From Octopus sinensis (taxonomy: Eukaryota): a DNA stretch of 64,000 nt. Below, in pieces: positions 40,688 through 52,661 of the stretch. The position numbers were made by a program, and so were the translations under genes. Each line of letters starts with the position of its first letter. Position 1 is the first letter of the stretch. Location: the NCBI RefSeq assembly GCF_006345805.1, contig NC_043001.1, positions 121,272,001 to 121,336,000 of the forward strand. Direction: 5' to 3'. The notes beneath the pieces are model-generated. The model searched no databases and was not told the DNA's origin. It worked only from the letters and a program-made list of their open reading frames with translations.

Positions 40688-41267
40688 TAATGTCTGTTTA
40701 TTTCTCGAACATCGTTGGACAACGGGTGCTGGTGTGTACAATTCCCCGAACTTAGCGGTTCGGGAAAAGGGACCGATAGTTTAAATACTAGGCCTACAAA
40801 GTATAAGTCCTGGGGTCGATTTGCACGAATAAAGGCATTGCTCCACCATGGCCGCAGTCAAATAATTGAAAAATTAAGTGTGTAAAATAGAAAATAACCA
40901 GAAAAGTTTATATTCTCTTAACTACATCAGTAAGGGAGATAACTAAAAATCAACTTTTAGAGTTACTTCCTTGACATATTAATAAAAGACATGACAGTTT
41001 AAGATGTAGGTGCGTTTATAATTCCCATGCGAAGGGCACATTTGCATTCGCGCAGGAAGATACAAACATACACATGCAAATTTTCTGCTGTTAACTTTAA
41101 CAAATAAACATTATAATTTACATTTAATTACACCCGAAAACTATGTAAAGTACTCACCATATCTAGTACTACCCTTTGGACATGATCGGGTTTTTATTTT
41201 GTTTTAGATAGTATATATGCGTATGTGGGTATATACACGTGTATATGTATGAATGCATGTATTTATG

Positions 41268-41352
<85 letters not shown>

Positions 41353-41435
41353 ATATATATTCATAAATTTATAATTTTATATATATATATATATATGTAG
41401 GTATATACCTATGTATATATATATATATATATATA

Positions 41436-43471
41436 CTCAAAAATGGAAGATAAAATTCCTGGAGGACTGGGTCGATGCCCATCCAAACCACATCCCTTTC
41501 TTCGTCCTCACTGAAACCCATCTTAGTAACCTCCACTTGGAAGCCGAGGTGAAAGTTAAAAATTTCAAAGCCATTCGTGCTGATCGTGCTGGCAGAAGAA
41601 AGGGTGGGACTGCCATTTATGTTCATGATTCATTCTCAACAGAAGCTATGAACATATTTTCCAATGGATACTGCGAAGCAGTCGCTGTATTCAGTCAAAC
41701 CAACAACTTAACAGTAGTTGGGCTCTACAGACCACCCCAAACGCCCCTACCTTGCTTCAAGGAATGCCTCAACAACATAAAGTGTTTCATTCAGCAGTGT
41801 CAACCTGACATTTTAATGATGGGAGACTTCAACCTTCCCGGGGTTGACTGGTCTACAAACAGTCTGCCGTCAGGTTCTTCTCTCTCAACCCCTGACAGGG
41901 AGGCAGTGGAATCACTTCTTGACTTCATGGATGATTTCTTCCGATCCCAACTGGTGCTCGAACCAACGAGATGTCACAAAAACGTCTTAGACTTAATTTT
42001 CAGCAATCACACTGATACTATCCACAATATTGCAATGGAGAAAACTTTACTCTCTGATCATGACATGGTTCTCTGTGATCTGAGATTTCACTGGCCAAAA
42101 TGCAAAACAAATGTCATCCCTCCTGTTCATTCATTTGACACTATGGATTTCCACAATGCAAACTGTGAAGCGATCAATAATGATCTTGCACAAGTCGATT
42201 GGTCCTTCACACACACATACACACCCACTAACATCAAAAAGTCCTGGCAGTCATTTGTAGACACCATTACGAACATATGTGCAAAACACACCCCATTAAG
42301 ATCTGCAAACAAATCTAAGTGTCGAATCCCTAGAAATAGAAAATCTCTCATCAGGAAAATTAAAAGAATTAACAAAAAAAATCAACGAGCTGAAATACTG
42401 TCAACAGCAACACACCAACCTGACTGCCATCTCGTCACTAGAGATTAAAAAACATAAACTCCAAAACAACATGATGTCTATCATCAATAGTCAGAGAAGA
42501 GCTGAAGAGGCCTGGGCCATTGAGAAGATCAAACTCAATCACAAAGTGTTCTTTTCATTTGCAAAAATACACAGAGTCACTGGTTCTACTGTTGGCCCTC
42601 TGATTGATGAAAATGGTACTCTTCAAGACAATGCCAAAACCATGGGAGAGATATTGCAGAAACAATATTGCTCTGTTTTCAGCAATCCTGATATGACTGA
42701 TCTGGGCTGTATCAGTGATGTTACTCCCCAATATACTTTATCGGACATAACCTTTGGCGCTCCTGATGTCTTAGCAGCAATAAAGGAAATGAAGCATAAT
42801 TCAGCAGTAGGTCCCGATAGGTTCCCTGCTTGTGTCTTGAAGATGTGTCAACACCAACTTGCACCCCCTCTAGCCAATCTTAAATACTGCTGTCCACTGT
42901 GGTCTCCCTACACAAAACAAAATATTATAAGAATTGAAGCTCCCCAAAGGTCAATCACAAAAAAGATAGATGGCATGTCAGACCTTGACTACTGGGGTAG
43001 ACTACAGAAACTGAATCTGTATTCACTCCAACGACGCCGTAAACGCTACATTATCTGTATGATGTGGAAAATATTCCATCAGCACTGTCCGAATGATGTT
43101 GGCATCACCTTCAAAATACATCCAAGGCTTGGACCACGTGCCATCCGTCCACAACAAAAATCTAAATCGCATCACATAACGACAATACGGCACAATTATT
43201 TCACCTCAATTGGACCCGCTCTCTTCAACATTACACCAGGACACGTCAAAACAGAAACTGACCACACAAAATTCAAGAAGTCTTTGGACAAATTCCTTCA
43301 AACAGTCCCGGACAAACCACCCACACCGGATATGTCTCCGCAAACAATAACTCTCTGCTCGAATAGGCCTCGGTGCCCAAATCCTGAATTAAAAGACTTC
43401 GCCAGGTGGTGCTATTAAGTTAGACATGGCCTGGACCAATACTGGCCAAAACCTTTCTAAGTTATTCTAAG

Positions 43472-43474
<3 letters not shown>
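41436..43474 (+). mobile_element. LINE copy C, a different CR1-group/Proto2-like subfamily with the RT core deleted in frame
   Basis: APE FVLTETHL..RADRAGRRKGGTAIY, GDFNLP, LDLIFSN, SDHD. AVGPDRFPACVLKMCQHQLAPPLANL joins directly to KYCCPLWSP at about 42880, with no YLDF, QG or YADD motif. Ends VPDKP and a (ttctaagtta)2 tail. Confidence 0.88.
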
Positions 43475-43531
<57 letters not shown>

Positions 43532-43582
43532 TATTATATATATATATATATACATGTATATATATGTATGTATATATGTATG

Positions 43583-43635
<53 letters not shown>

Positions 43636-43666
43636 CATGCATATAACTATGTATATATGTATGTAA

Positions 43667-43713
<47 letters not shown>

Positions 43714-43910
43714 ATATATGCGTGTGTGGGTAAATACACGTATATACGTATGTATGTATATATAAATATATCTATGTATGTATATGTATGTATGTATATA
43801 TATTATATATATATATATATATATGTATGTATATATATATATATGTATGTATATATATATATATTATATATACATATATATATTTATGCATATATGTATG
43901 TATGCATATA

Positions 43911-44016
<106 letters not shown>

Positions 44017-44229
44017 GCATATGCCCGAGCACAGCCTTTAGTCAAACAAAACGTACCCCAGGGCTTATCCTTTGGAAGCCTTGTACTTCTAACTTTTTTA
44101 CTCTTTTGTCGAACCGTAAAGTTAGCGGGGCATATGTGTGTGTTGTGCTCACCCACAAACACACATACCTCCGAACATGCACACATAGATGCATGCAAAG
44201 ATGCACACCTGAAGGTATTTATGCTTTAA

Positions 44230-45195
44230 ATATGTTGACCATAAAACCGTGACATTCTGAAGAAATTGTGTGTGAGTGCAGGTCAGCCAATGTGTGTGTG
44301 TGTGCTTTCATTTCTGTGTCTGTGTGGGAGCGCGTATGTGTGACAGAGTCTTTCCAGTTCAATGTTTTTGCGTGCGCGTGTGTATGTGTGTGTGAGTGAG
44401 GGCGTGTGTAAATGTGTGTTTTGATTTCTAGGTGTGTGTGTGTGAGTGTGTAACTGTGTTTTCATTTCTGTGTGTGGGTGCGTACGTTTGTGTGTGAGTG
44501 TGTGTGACTATTTTCATTTCTGTGTGTGTGTTTGTGTGCGTGTGAGTGTGTGAGTGTTTGGATGTGTAACTGCGTATTTTCATTTCTATGTGTGTGTGTT
44601 TGTGCATGTGTGAGTGTGTGTGTGACTATTTTCATTCCTGTGTTTGTGTATTTGTGCGTGTGTGTGAGTGTGTGAGTGTTTGGATGTGTAGCTGTGTATT
44701 ATCATTTCTATGTGTGTGTGTGTGTGTTGTGTGTGTGTGTGTGGTGTGTGTGTGTGTGTGTTTGTGCGTATGTGAGTGTGTGTCTGTGTGTGAGTATTTT
44801 TTTCAGTATTTGTGTGTCGGGGACTGTTTTTATTTATATGTGTGTGTGTGAGTGTGTGGGTATTTTCATTTCAGTGTTTGTGTGTGTGTGTGAGAATGTT
44901 TTCATTTCTGTGTGAGCGACTGTGTGTTTTTATTCGTTTGTGTGTGTGCGACAATTACAACTACAACAAACACTTTGACCATTTCTAAGATACCCACATT
45001 TGAGATCACTAACTACTAAATCAAAATAAGTTCAATTTATTACACCTTTAGTGACTTCAGATATTGCTCATATTTTTCTCATATGGCGACAATGTATTAA
45101 TTTCACAAGTGGATAAAACAACTTCTCATACTGGCGTGGAGGGGGCTGAGATTATAACTGCGAGTGCCAAGCACCCAATGCCTCCCCCGTATCTA
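44230..45195. repeat. Duplicated block X: GT-rich compound tract with recurring TTTTCATTTCTGTG motif plus ~250-bp unique segment (paralogs 20490-20880, 28680-29385)
   Basis: Shared anchor gcgacaattaca(g/a)cta(c/t)aacaaacacttt..ctaagatacccacattt..agatcactaact at about 20765, 29140 and 44948. Confidence 0.8.
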
Positions 45196-45455
45196 CATAC
45201 CTGGATCGGCCGTAATTGGTCTCATTCTGAGATCTCTCGGGAGTAGAATATTTATGACTATAGAAGTTAACTTGTTACAGGTTTCGCTTCTGGCCTAACT
45301 TTTGTAGATTTTGGGAAGTCCACAGACGTTACTGGCTTTGCAGTCAAATCTACTCAAGTAATTTGTCTCCTTTTTTGTTAAATCTTGTTGGAACTGGTGG
45401 ATAAGAGTGGACAGTTTGGTCATTATCTTCGATTGACTGTAGTTGTTGATTTTCA
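45195..45455 (-). pseudogene. Penelope-like (GIY-YIG class) RT fragment
   Basis: Minus strand encodes YSQSKIMTKLSTLIHQFQQDLTKKETNYLSRFDCKASNVCGLPKIYKS*...PRDLRMRPITADP, matching PLE LTxKExDYL..SNFYGLPKIHKS..DL..RPI. Confidence 0.7.
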
Positions 45456-45582
45456 ACCGATGCTGGTGTGTTTTCCTCCCTGTATTTTAGCGGTTCGGGA
45501 AAAGAGAATAAGAATAAATACTAGGCTTACAAAGAATAAGTGCTGCGGACGTACTGCTCGACTAAAGGCGGTGCTCCAGTAT

Positions 45583-45617
<35 letters not shown>

Positions 45618-45649
45618 AGATATACGTGTATATACCCACACACACATAT

Positions 45650-46170
45650 ATACTATCTAAAACAAAAAAGAAACTTGATTATGTCCGAAGGGTAGTACTA
45701 GATAATATCATTACTTTATATATTTGTGGGGCGTAATGAAATGTAAATGATCAGCTAGTCAATGTTTATTTGTTAAAGGTACCAGCAGATTACTTGCATG
45801 TGTATGTGTGTCTGTATGTGCGCGCATGCTCGTGTCCCCTTTCGCAGGCGAAAAACAAACACACTTATTACAGAAATTACATGAAACGTATTATATGATG
45901 TTAGGGAAGTAACTCTTAGGAGATATTTTCAGCTATCTCCCTAGTGAACAGGTCATAGACTTTTGTCGCTATATACTCTTTTACTCTCATTTACTCGTTT
46001 CAGTAATTTGACTATGGCCATGCTGCAGCACCACATTTAATCGAACATATCGACCCCAGGACTTATTCTTTGTAGGCATAGTAATTATTTATCGGTCTCT
46101 TTCGCTGAAACTCTAAGTCACGGGGACGTAAACAGACTAGCATCAGTTGTAAAGCGATGCTTGGGGACAA
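45650..46170 (-). repeat. Inverted copy of duplicated block Y (SINE tail plus ~330-bp unique segment; plus-strand copies at 25355-25885, 33955-34500, 40688-41250)
   Basis: Anchors gggagataact..ttacttccc..atttacatttaat..atctagtactaccctttggacttaatcagg..tttgttttag recur in all four copies. Confidence 0.8.
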
Positions 46171-46181
46171 ACACAGACATA

Positions 46182-46265
<84 letters not shown>

Positions 46266-46269
46266 AACA

Positions 46270-46540
46270 CATATACGACTGGATTATTTCAGTTTCCTTC
46301 CACCAAATCCAATCACAAGGTTTTGGTCGACCCGGAGCTATAGTAGAAGACAATTGCACATGATGCCAGGCAGTGGGAATGAACCCGAAAATATATGGTT
46401 CGTAAGCAAACTACTTACCACACAGCCATTCCTGCGCCTATATTCATATATCCGACGGACTTCTTTCAGTTTCCGTCTACCAAATCCACTCAGAAGTCTT
46501 TGGTCGGCTCGAGGCTATAGTTGAAAACACTTCACGAAGG
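46270..46540 (-). mobile_element. Two tandem minus-strand SINE heads
   Basis: acgactggattatttcagtttcc..ctacttaccacacagccattcctgcgcc, then gacggacttctttcagtttccgtctaccaaatccactc. Confidence 0.75.
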
Positions 46541-46544
46541 AGCC

Positions 46545-47453
46545 ACGCGTACCCACACCCTGACCACGGCTTTGAACCGATTCTGATGAAACTTGACACA
46601 CACATAGCCCAATGTCATAATTCAAAACTAACACACCGAAAATTTTGAAAAGTTCCCCCAGTTCTGAAAAAAATCGATAGATTCGACATGGGGTCGAGAA
46701 TCTAAGCTTTTCATATGCAACAGATTTTCCGTTGTAGTTTTCGCAACTTGCAATCAATTTTCACCAAACTCATGGTGAAGCTTAATGTTACCCTAAGGAA
46801 CTTAATTCTGACGTTAGTTTTCTATGCAATACCTTACCATCATAAAAAAATCGATAAAATCATGCCATTTTGGGAAATCGCGTTCAAATTCAAGATGACA
46901 TATTTTCAACAATATCTTTAACAAATTGGCAGGAATTTTTTATGAAATTCACAGCGAGCATCATGTCTGCTCCAAGGAGCTATATGGCCCTTTTGATTCC
47001 AATAGGATACGTTATTACTGGAAAAAATCGGTTAATTACATCATATGTGGCACACATAGCAAACCGATTTTTCTGCGATATTTTTTGAAAGTTCACATAG
47101 ATTTTCCCTACACCGACGTTGGACATCAAGTTTGCATTAAATGTCAAACTAACGACCTTTTGTCAATGCAGTTAACAAGTATTGGGAGAAATCGACAAAA
47201 CCATATCACTTTGAGACCGACCATGCGAACCCTACAAAACTGACTTTTGTTAAATAGTTGGCGGATTTCAGGCGATTTAGTCGATTTTTGGCGCTTTTAT
47301 AATAAAGGTTACTAGAAATGGCATATGTTTTCCTTTTGCTTCAAATCCGAGCAATGTTGGGCTGTAGATGCGTTAAGTTAGGATTAGGTAGGGCTTAGCT
47401 GTGGTCCGAACCCAACTTGTGTTCGAGGGGGCAACGGCGGGCTATGCTGCTAG
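46545..47453 (+). mobile_element. Non-autonomous Helitron-like element, 3' end intact, 5' end not identified
   Basis: Ends gggcaacggcgggctatgctgCTAG|t, closely resembling the 3' end of the Helitron at 57277. The 5' region contains tgaaccgattctgatgaaacttg. Confidence 0.55.
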
Positions 47454-47550
<97 letters not shown>

Positions 47551-47567
47551 TGTGTGTATGTGTGTGT

Positions 47568-47598
<31 letters not shown>

Positions 47599-47605
47599 TG
47601 TGTGC

Positions 47606-49240
47606 GCTGGTCCAGATGGTTTCCCAGCCATCCTCCTCAAAGCGTGTAAGCATGCCCTGGCAAAACCCCTCAAGATTCTCTTCCAGAGCTTTCTTGCGAA
47701 TGGCAAACTGCCAAGCAAGCTGAAGGAGGGAATAATATGCCCAATACATAAAGGGGGAAGTAGAGCAGATGCCCAAAACTATAGGCCTATCTCTCTGACT
47801 TCACACATCAGCAAAGTCATGGAACGGATAGTCAGAAAGAAACTAATCGCATTCCTTGAGGAAAATAACTTGCTGAGTGATACCCAGCATGGTTATCGAC
47901 CAGTTAGGAGCTGCCTGACCCAGCTCTTACAACATTATGACTGGGTGTTGAGGCAGTTACTCAACAAATCAAATGTGGACGTAATCTACCTTGATTTTGC
48001 AAAAGCTTTTGACAAGGTGGATAATGGTATGATATGCCACAAACTGCGTGACCTCGGCATAGCTGGAAAACTTGGAGTGTGGTTACATGACTTCCTGAAA
48101 GATAGGAGTCAGGCAGTAGTGGTTAATGGAGCCACCTCTATGAACACACAAATAGTGAGCGGTGTTCCACAGGGCACTGTCTTGGGACCACTGCTTTTTA
48201 TAGTGGCCCTCTCAGATATGCCCTCAAATGCCCGGATAACCACTCTGGCCAGCTATGCAGACGACACGAAAGTCTCGCAGAAAATACAGAACCCCAGCGA
48301 TGTTGCACATCTGCAGCAGGAGTTGGACTAAATCTACAGATGGGCTGAGGATAATAATATGCAGTTTAATGCTGAAAAATTCCAGGCCCTGCGCTACCAG
48401 CATCCAAAACTGAATATTAAACTTACAGGATACACTGGTCCACAGGGAATTTCAATCCCAGAACCTAAGTCTGTGAGGGACCTGGGTATCGACATGAGTG
48501 ATGATACCTCTTTCCAAGTGCACATTACCAGGATGGCGAGAAAGTGCAAACGACTGGCTGGGTGGATCCTAAGAACATTCAGAACCAGAGATAAGGAAAC
48601 CATGATGGTCCTCTGGCGGACATTCGTCCTCAGCCGCCTGGATTACTGCTCACAACTATGGTCACCCACCAGTGTAAAATTAACAGCGGACCTTGAAGCA
48701 ATCCAGAGAAGATATACAAAGAAGATCGTCTCTTTGCAACAGCTCAGCTACTGGGAAAGGTTGAAACAGCTAAGACTCTACTCCCTGGAGAGAAGACGGG
48801 AGAGGTATGCAGTAATATATGTCTGGAAGATCCTGGAAGGAATTGTGCCAAATTTTGGCATTGTAAGCTACACCAATACTAGAACGGGACGAGACTGCAT
48901 AGTGCCAAAGATCCCAGCAATGCCATGACGCTTCAGGACCAGCTTCTGCAACAGCCTGGGTTTCAAGGGCCCACAGCTTTTTAATATTCTCCCAAAGAGT
49001 CTGAGGAACTTGCACAAAGTAGATGTAGCAGTTTTTAAATTAAAACTGGACATCTTCCTGTCGAGAGTTTCGGATGAACCTACCTCAGGGCAAGAGGTGC
49101 AAATGAGAGTAGCTATATGAAACTCCATTCTTCACCAAAAGCCACATATTAGACGAAGTTCTTCGCAATAACAGTGTAGCACAAAACGGCGGTGCATCAG
49201 CATGGCCGCAGCTCTGAGCTGATACTAGAGACAAAAAAAT
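47606..49240 (+). mobile_element. LINE copy D, 5'-truncated RT portion, very similar to copy B from 32108 onward
   Basis: GPDGFPAILLK..NYRPISLTSHISK..YLDFAKAFDKVD..GVPQGTVLGPLLF..YADDTK. In-frame stops at 48329, 48926 and 49118. 3' UTR at 49188-49230. Confidence 0.93.
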
Positions 49241-49247
49241 ATATGTG

Positions 49248-49383
<136 letters not shown>

Positions 49384-49423
49384 ATTCATGGAGCAAGTTG
49401 TACTCGAACAAACTAGGGCGAAT

Positions 49424-49465
<42 letters not shown>

Positions 49466-49532
49466 GTCTTTTTACTCTTTTACTTGTTTCAGTCATTTGA
49501 CTGTGGCCATGCTGGAGCACCACCTTTATCAC

Positions 49533-49947
49533 CTTGGGCTAGGAAAGATACTAGAAACTTTTTGGATATAACTATGGGGGCAACAGATTCTGCTCAGGAT
49601 ACTGATTTAGTAGGTATTTATTTATCAAAACTTCAATTATAATGATAAATTATGATCTAGGAAAGATACTAGAAGCTTTTTAGATATACCTATGGGAGCA
49701 CCAGATTCTGCTCAGGCTAATGATTTACTAGGTATTTATTTATTATCAGAACTTCAATTATAATAATAAATTATGGGCTAAGAAAGATACTAGAAACTGT
49801 TTTGATATACTTATGGGGTCACCAGATTCTGCTCAGGCTACTGATTTAGTAGGTATTAATTTATTATCAGAACTTCAATTATAATAATAAATTATGGGCT
49901 AGGAAAGATACTAGAAGCTTTTTTGATATACCTATGGGGTCACCAGA
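49533..49947. repeat. ~120-bp tandem repeat, about 3.4 copies
   Basis: cta(g/a)gaaagatactagaa recurs at 49539, 49657, 49778 and 49899. Confidence 0.92.
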
Positions 49948-52253
49948 TTGCTAGAAATAGCATTCAAATCTTCCTCAGATCACACTTTTCTATACTAATG
50001 GACCAATGTCAGATCTTCTAAATAGTTGCTTCACTTGCAAGATATAGCAGTCAAATCTTCCTCATATTGCACTTTTCTATTCTAATGGAACAATTTTAGA
50101 CCCTCTAAATAGTAGCTTCACTTGCTAGAAATAGTAGTCAAATCTCCGTATTATCACACATTTCTATTCTAATGGAACAATGTCAGATCCTCTAAATAGT
50201 TGTTTTCACTTGCTAGAAATAACTGTAAAATCTTCATCAGATCATATTTTTCTATTCTAATGGACCAATGTCACATCCTCTAAATAGTTGCTTAACTTGG
50301 TTGAAATAACAGTCAAATCTCCCTCAGATCATACTTTTCTATTCTAATGGACAAATGTCAGATGCTCTTAATAGTGCTTGACTTGCTCGAAAGAGCAGTC
50401 ATATCTTAATCAGATCACACTTTTCTATTCTTATGGACCAATGCCAGAGCCACTAAATAGTTTCTTAACTTGCTAGAAATAGCAGGCAAGTCTTCCTTAG
50501 ATCACACTTTTCTACTCTAATGGAACAATGTCAGATCCGCAAAATAATTGCTTCACTTGCTAGAAATAGCAGTCAAATCTCCCTCAGATCAGACTTTTCT
50601 GTTCTAATCGACCAATGTCACGAGCTCTTAATAGTTGCTTGACTTGCTAGAGAGAGGAAACAAATCTTTTTCAGATCACTCTTTTCTATTCCAATAAACC
50701 AATGTCAGACCCTCTAAGTAGTTGCTTGACTTGCTAGAAATAGCAGTCAAAACATCCTGAGATCACAGTTTTCTATTCTAATGGAAGAATGTCAGATCAT
50801 CTAAATAAAAGCTTGACTTGCTAGAAATAGCTATCAAATGTTCCTCTGATCACACTATTCTACTCTAATGGAACAATGTTAAATCCTCTAAATAGTTGCT
50901 TTACTTGCTAGAAATAGCAGTCAAATCTTAATCAGAGCACACTTTTCTATTCTCATGGACTGATGTCAGAACCTCTAAATAGTTTCTTGACTTCCTAAAA
51001 ATAACAGTCAAATCTTCCTCAGCTCATGCTTTTCTATTCTAATGGACCAATGTCAGATCCTCTAAATAGTTGCTTGACTTGCTAGAAATAGTAGTCAAAT
51101 CTCAGTATTATCACACTTTTCTATTCTAATGGAACAATATCAGATCCTCTAAATAGTTGCTTGACTGGCTAGAAATAGAAATTACATCCTCCTCAGATTA
51201 CATTCTTCGATTCTAATAGAACAATGTCAGAACCTCTAAATAGTTTCTTGACTTGCAAAAAATAACAGACAAATCTCCATCAGATCAAACGTTTCTATAC
51301 TAATGGACCAATGTCAGATCCTCAAAATAAGTTGCTTCACTTGCTAGAAATAGCAATCAAACCTTCCTCAGATCACTTTACTATCCTAATGGAACAATGT
51401 CAGATCCTCTAAATAGCTGCTTCTAAAAATAGCAGACAAATCTCCTTCAGATCACACTTTTCTATTCTAATGGACCAATATCAGATCATCTAAACAGTTG
51501 CTAGACTTGCTAGAAATAGCAGTCAAATCTCCCTCAGATGAAACCTTTCTTTTCTAATGGACCAATGTCAGATCCTCTAAATAGTTGGTTGTCTGGCAAG
51601 AAATAGCAGTCAAATCTCCCTCAGATTACAATTTTCTATACTAGTGGACCAATATCAGATCCTCTAAATAGTTGGTTGTCTGGCAAGAAATAGCAGTATA
51701 ATCTCCCTCAGATCACACTTTTCTATTCAAATAGACCAATGTCAGATCCTCTAAATTAAAGCTGCAATTGCTAGAAATAGCAATCAAAGGTTCCTCACAT
51801 CACTCGCTTCTATTCTAATGCACCAATATAAGATCTTCTAAATAGTTGCTTGACTTGCTATAATTGACAGGAAAATCTTCCTTATATCACACTTTTCTAT
51901 TCTAATGGACCAATGTCAGATGCTCTTAATAGTTGCTTGACTTGCTAGAAAGAGGAGACAAATCTTCCTCAGATCACACTTTTCTATTCTAATAGACCAA
52001 TGTCAGATCCTCTAAATAGTTGCTTGCTTTGCTAGAAATAGCAGTCAAAACTTCCTTTAGATGACATTTTTCTATTCTAATAGACCAATGTGAGATCCTC
52101 TAAATAGTTCCTTGACTTGCTAGAAATAGCAGTCAAATCTCCCTCAGATCACTCATTTCTATTCTAATGACCAATGTCACATGCTCTTAATAGTTGTTTG
52201 AATTTCTAGAAAGAGGAGACAAATCTTCCTCAGATCACACTTTTCTATTCTAA

Positions 52254-52661
52254 AGGCTGAAGACGCTTGACCTTTATTCTCTAGAAAAACGACGACGCCG
52301 TGGAGATCTCATTCTTGCTCACAACATCATAAGCGGAAAGTATCCTCTCGAAAGAGCTGTCCTTCACTCCTGCTCCAGAGCGTCGGCTGCGGGGTCATTC
52401 CGAAAAGCTCTATCTGCGACGATTTCATCTCAATTGAAGGATAGGGGCTTTCTCCGTCCAGGTTGCGGATCAGTGGAATAAGCTGCCAGACGAGATGGTG
52501 AAGATGCCGATGACCGCTCGGTTCAAAGTCTCCCTTGACCTCAAGTGGCCTGAACTCTTTACATGAACACCACCCTGTACATAACTCCTTGTCCCCCTAC
52601 ATGGCCTTGCTGTTTGCTTTTTGAGCCAAAAAATCAACTAACTAACTAACTAACTAACTAA
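52254..52661 (+). mobile_element. 5'-truncated CR1 LINE 3' end inserted in the satellite
   Basis: RLKTLDLYSLEKRRRRGDLILAHNII..RGHSEKL..WNKLP..FK..LD, with an (AACT)n tail. The empty site ttttctattctaa|aagaccaatgacag is present at about 54648-54675. Confidence 0.9.

Noticed and set aside
45200-45260. Apparent conserved minus-strand micro-exon (ttctatag|...ccag|gtatgt) shared with 29390-29450
   Set aside because: The same bases read in another frame as Penelope-like RT (DLRMRPITADP after GLPKIYKS), and the acceptor lacks a polypyrimidine tract.
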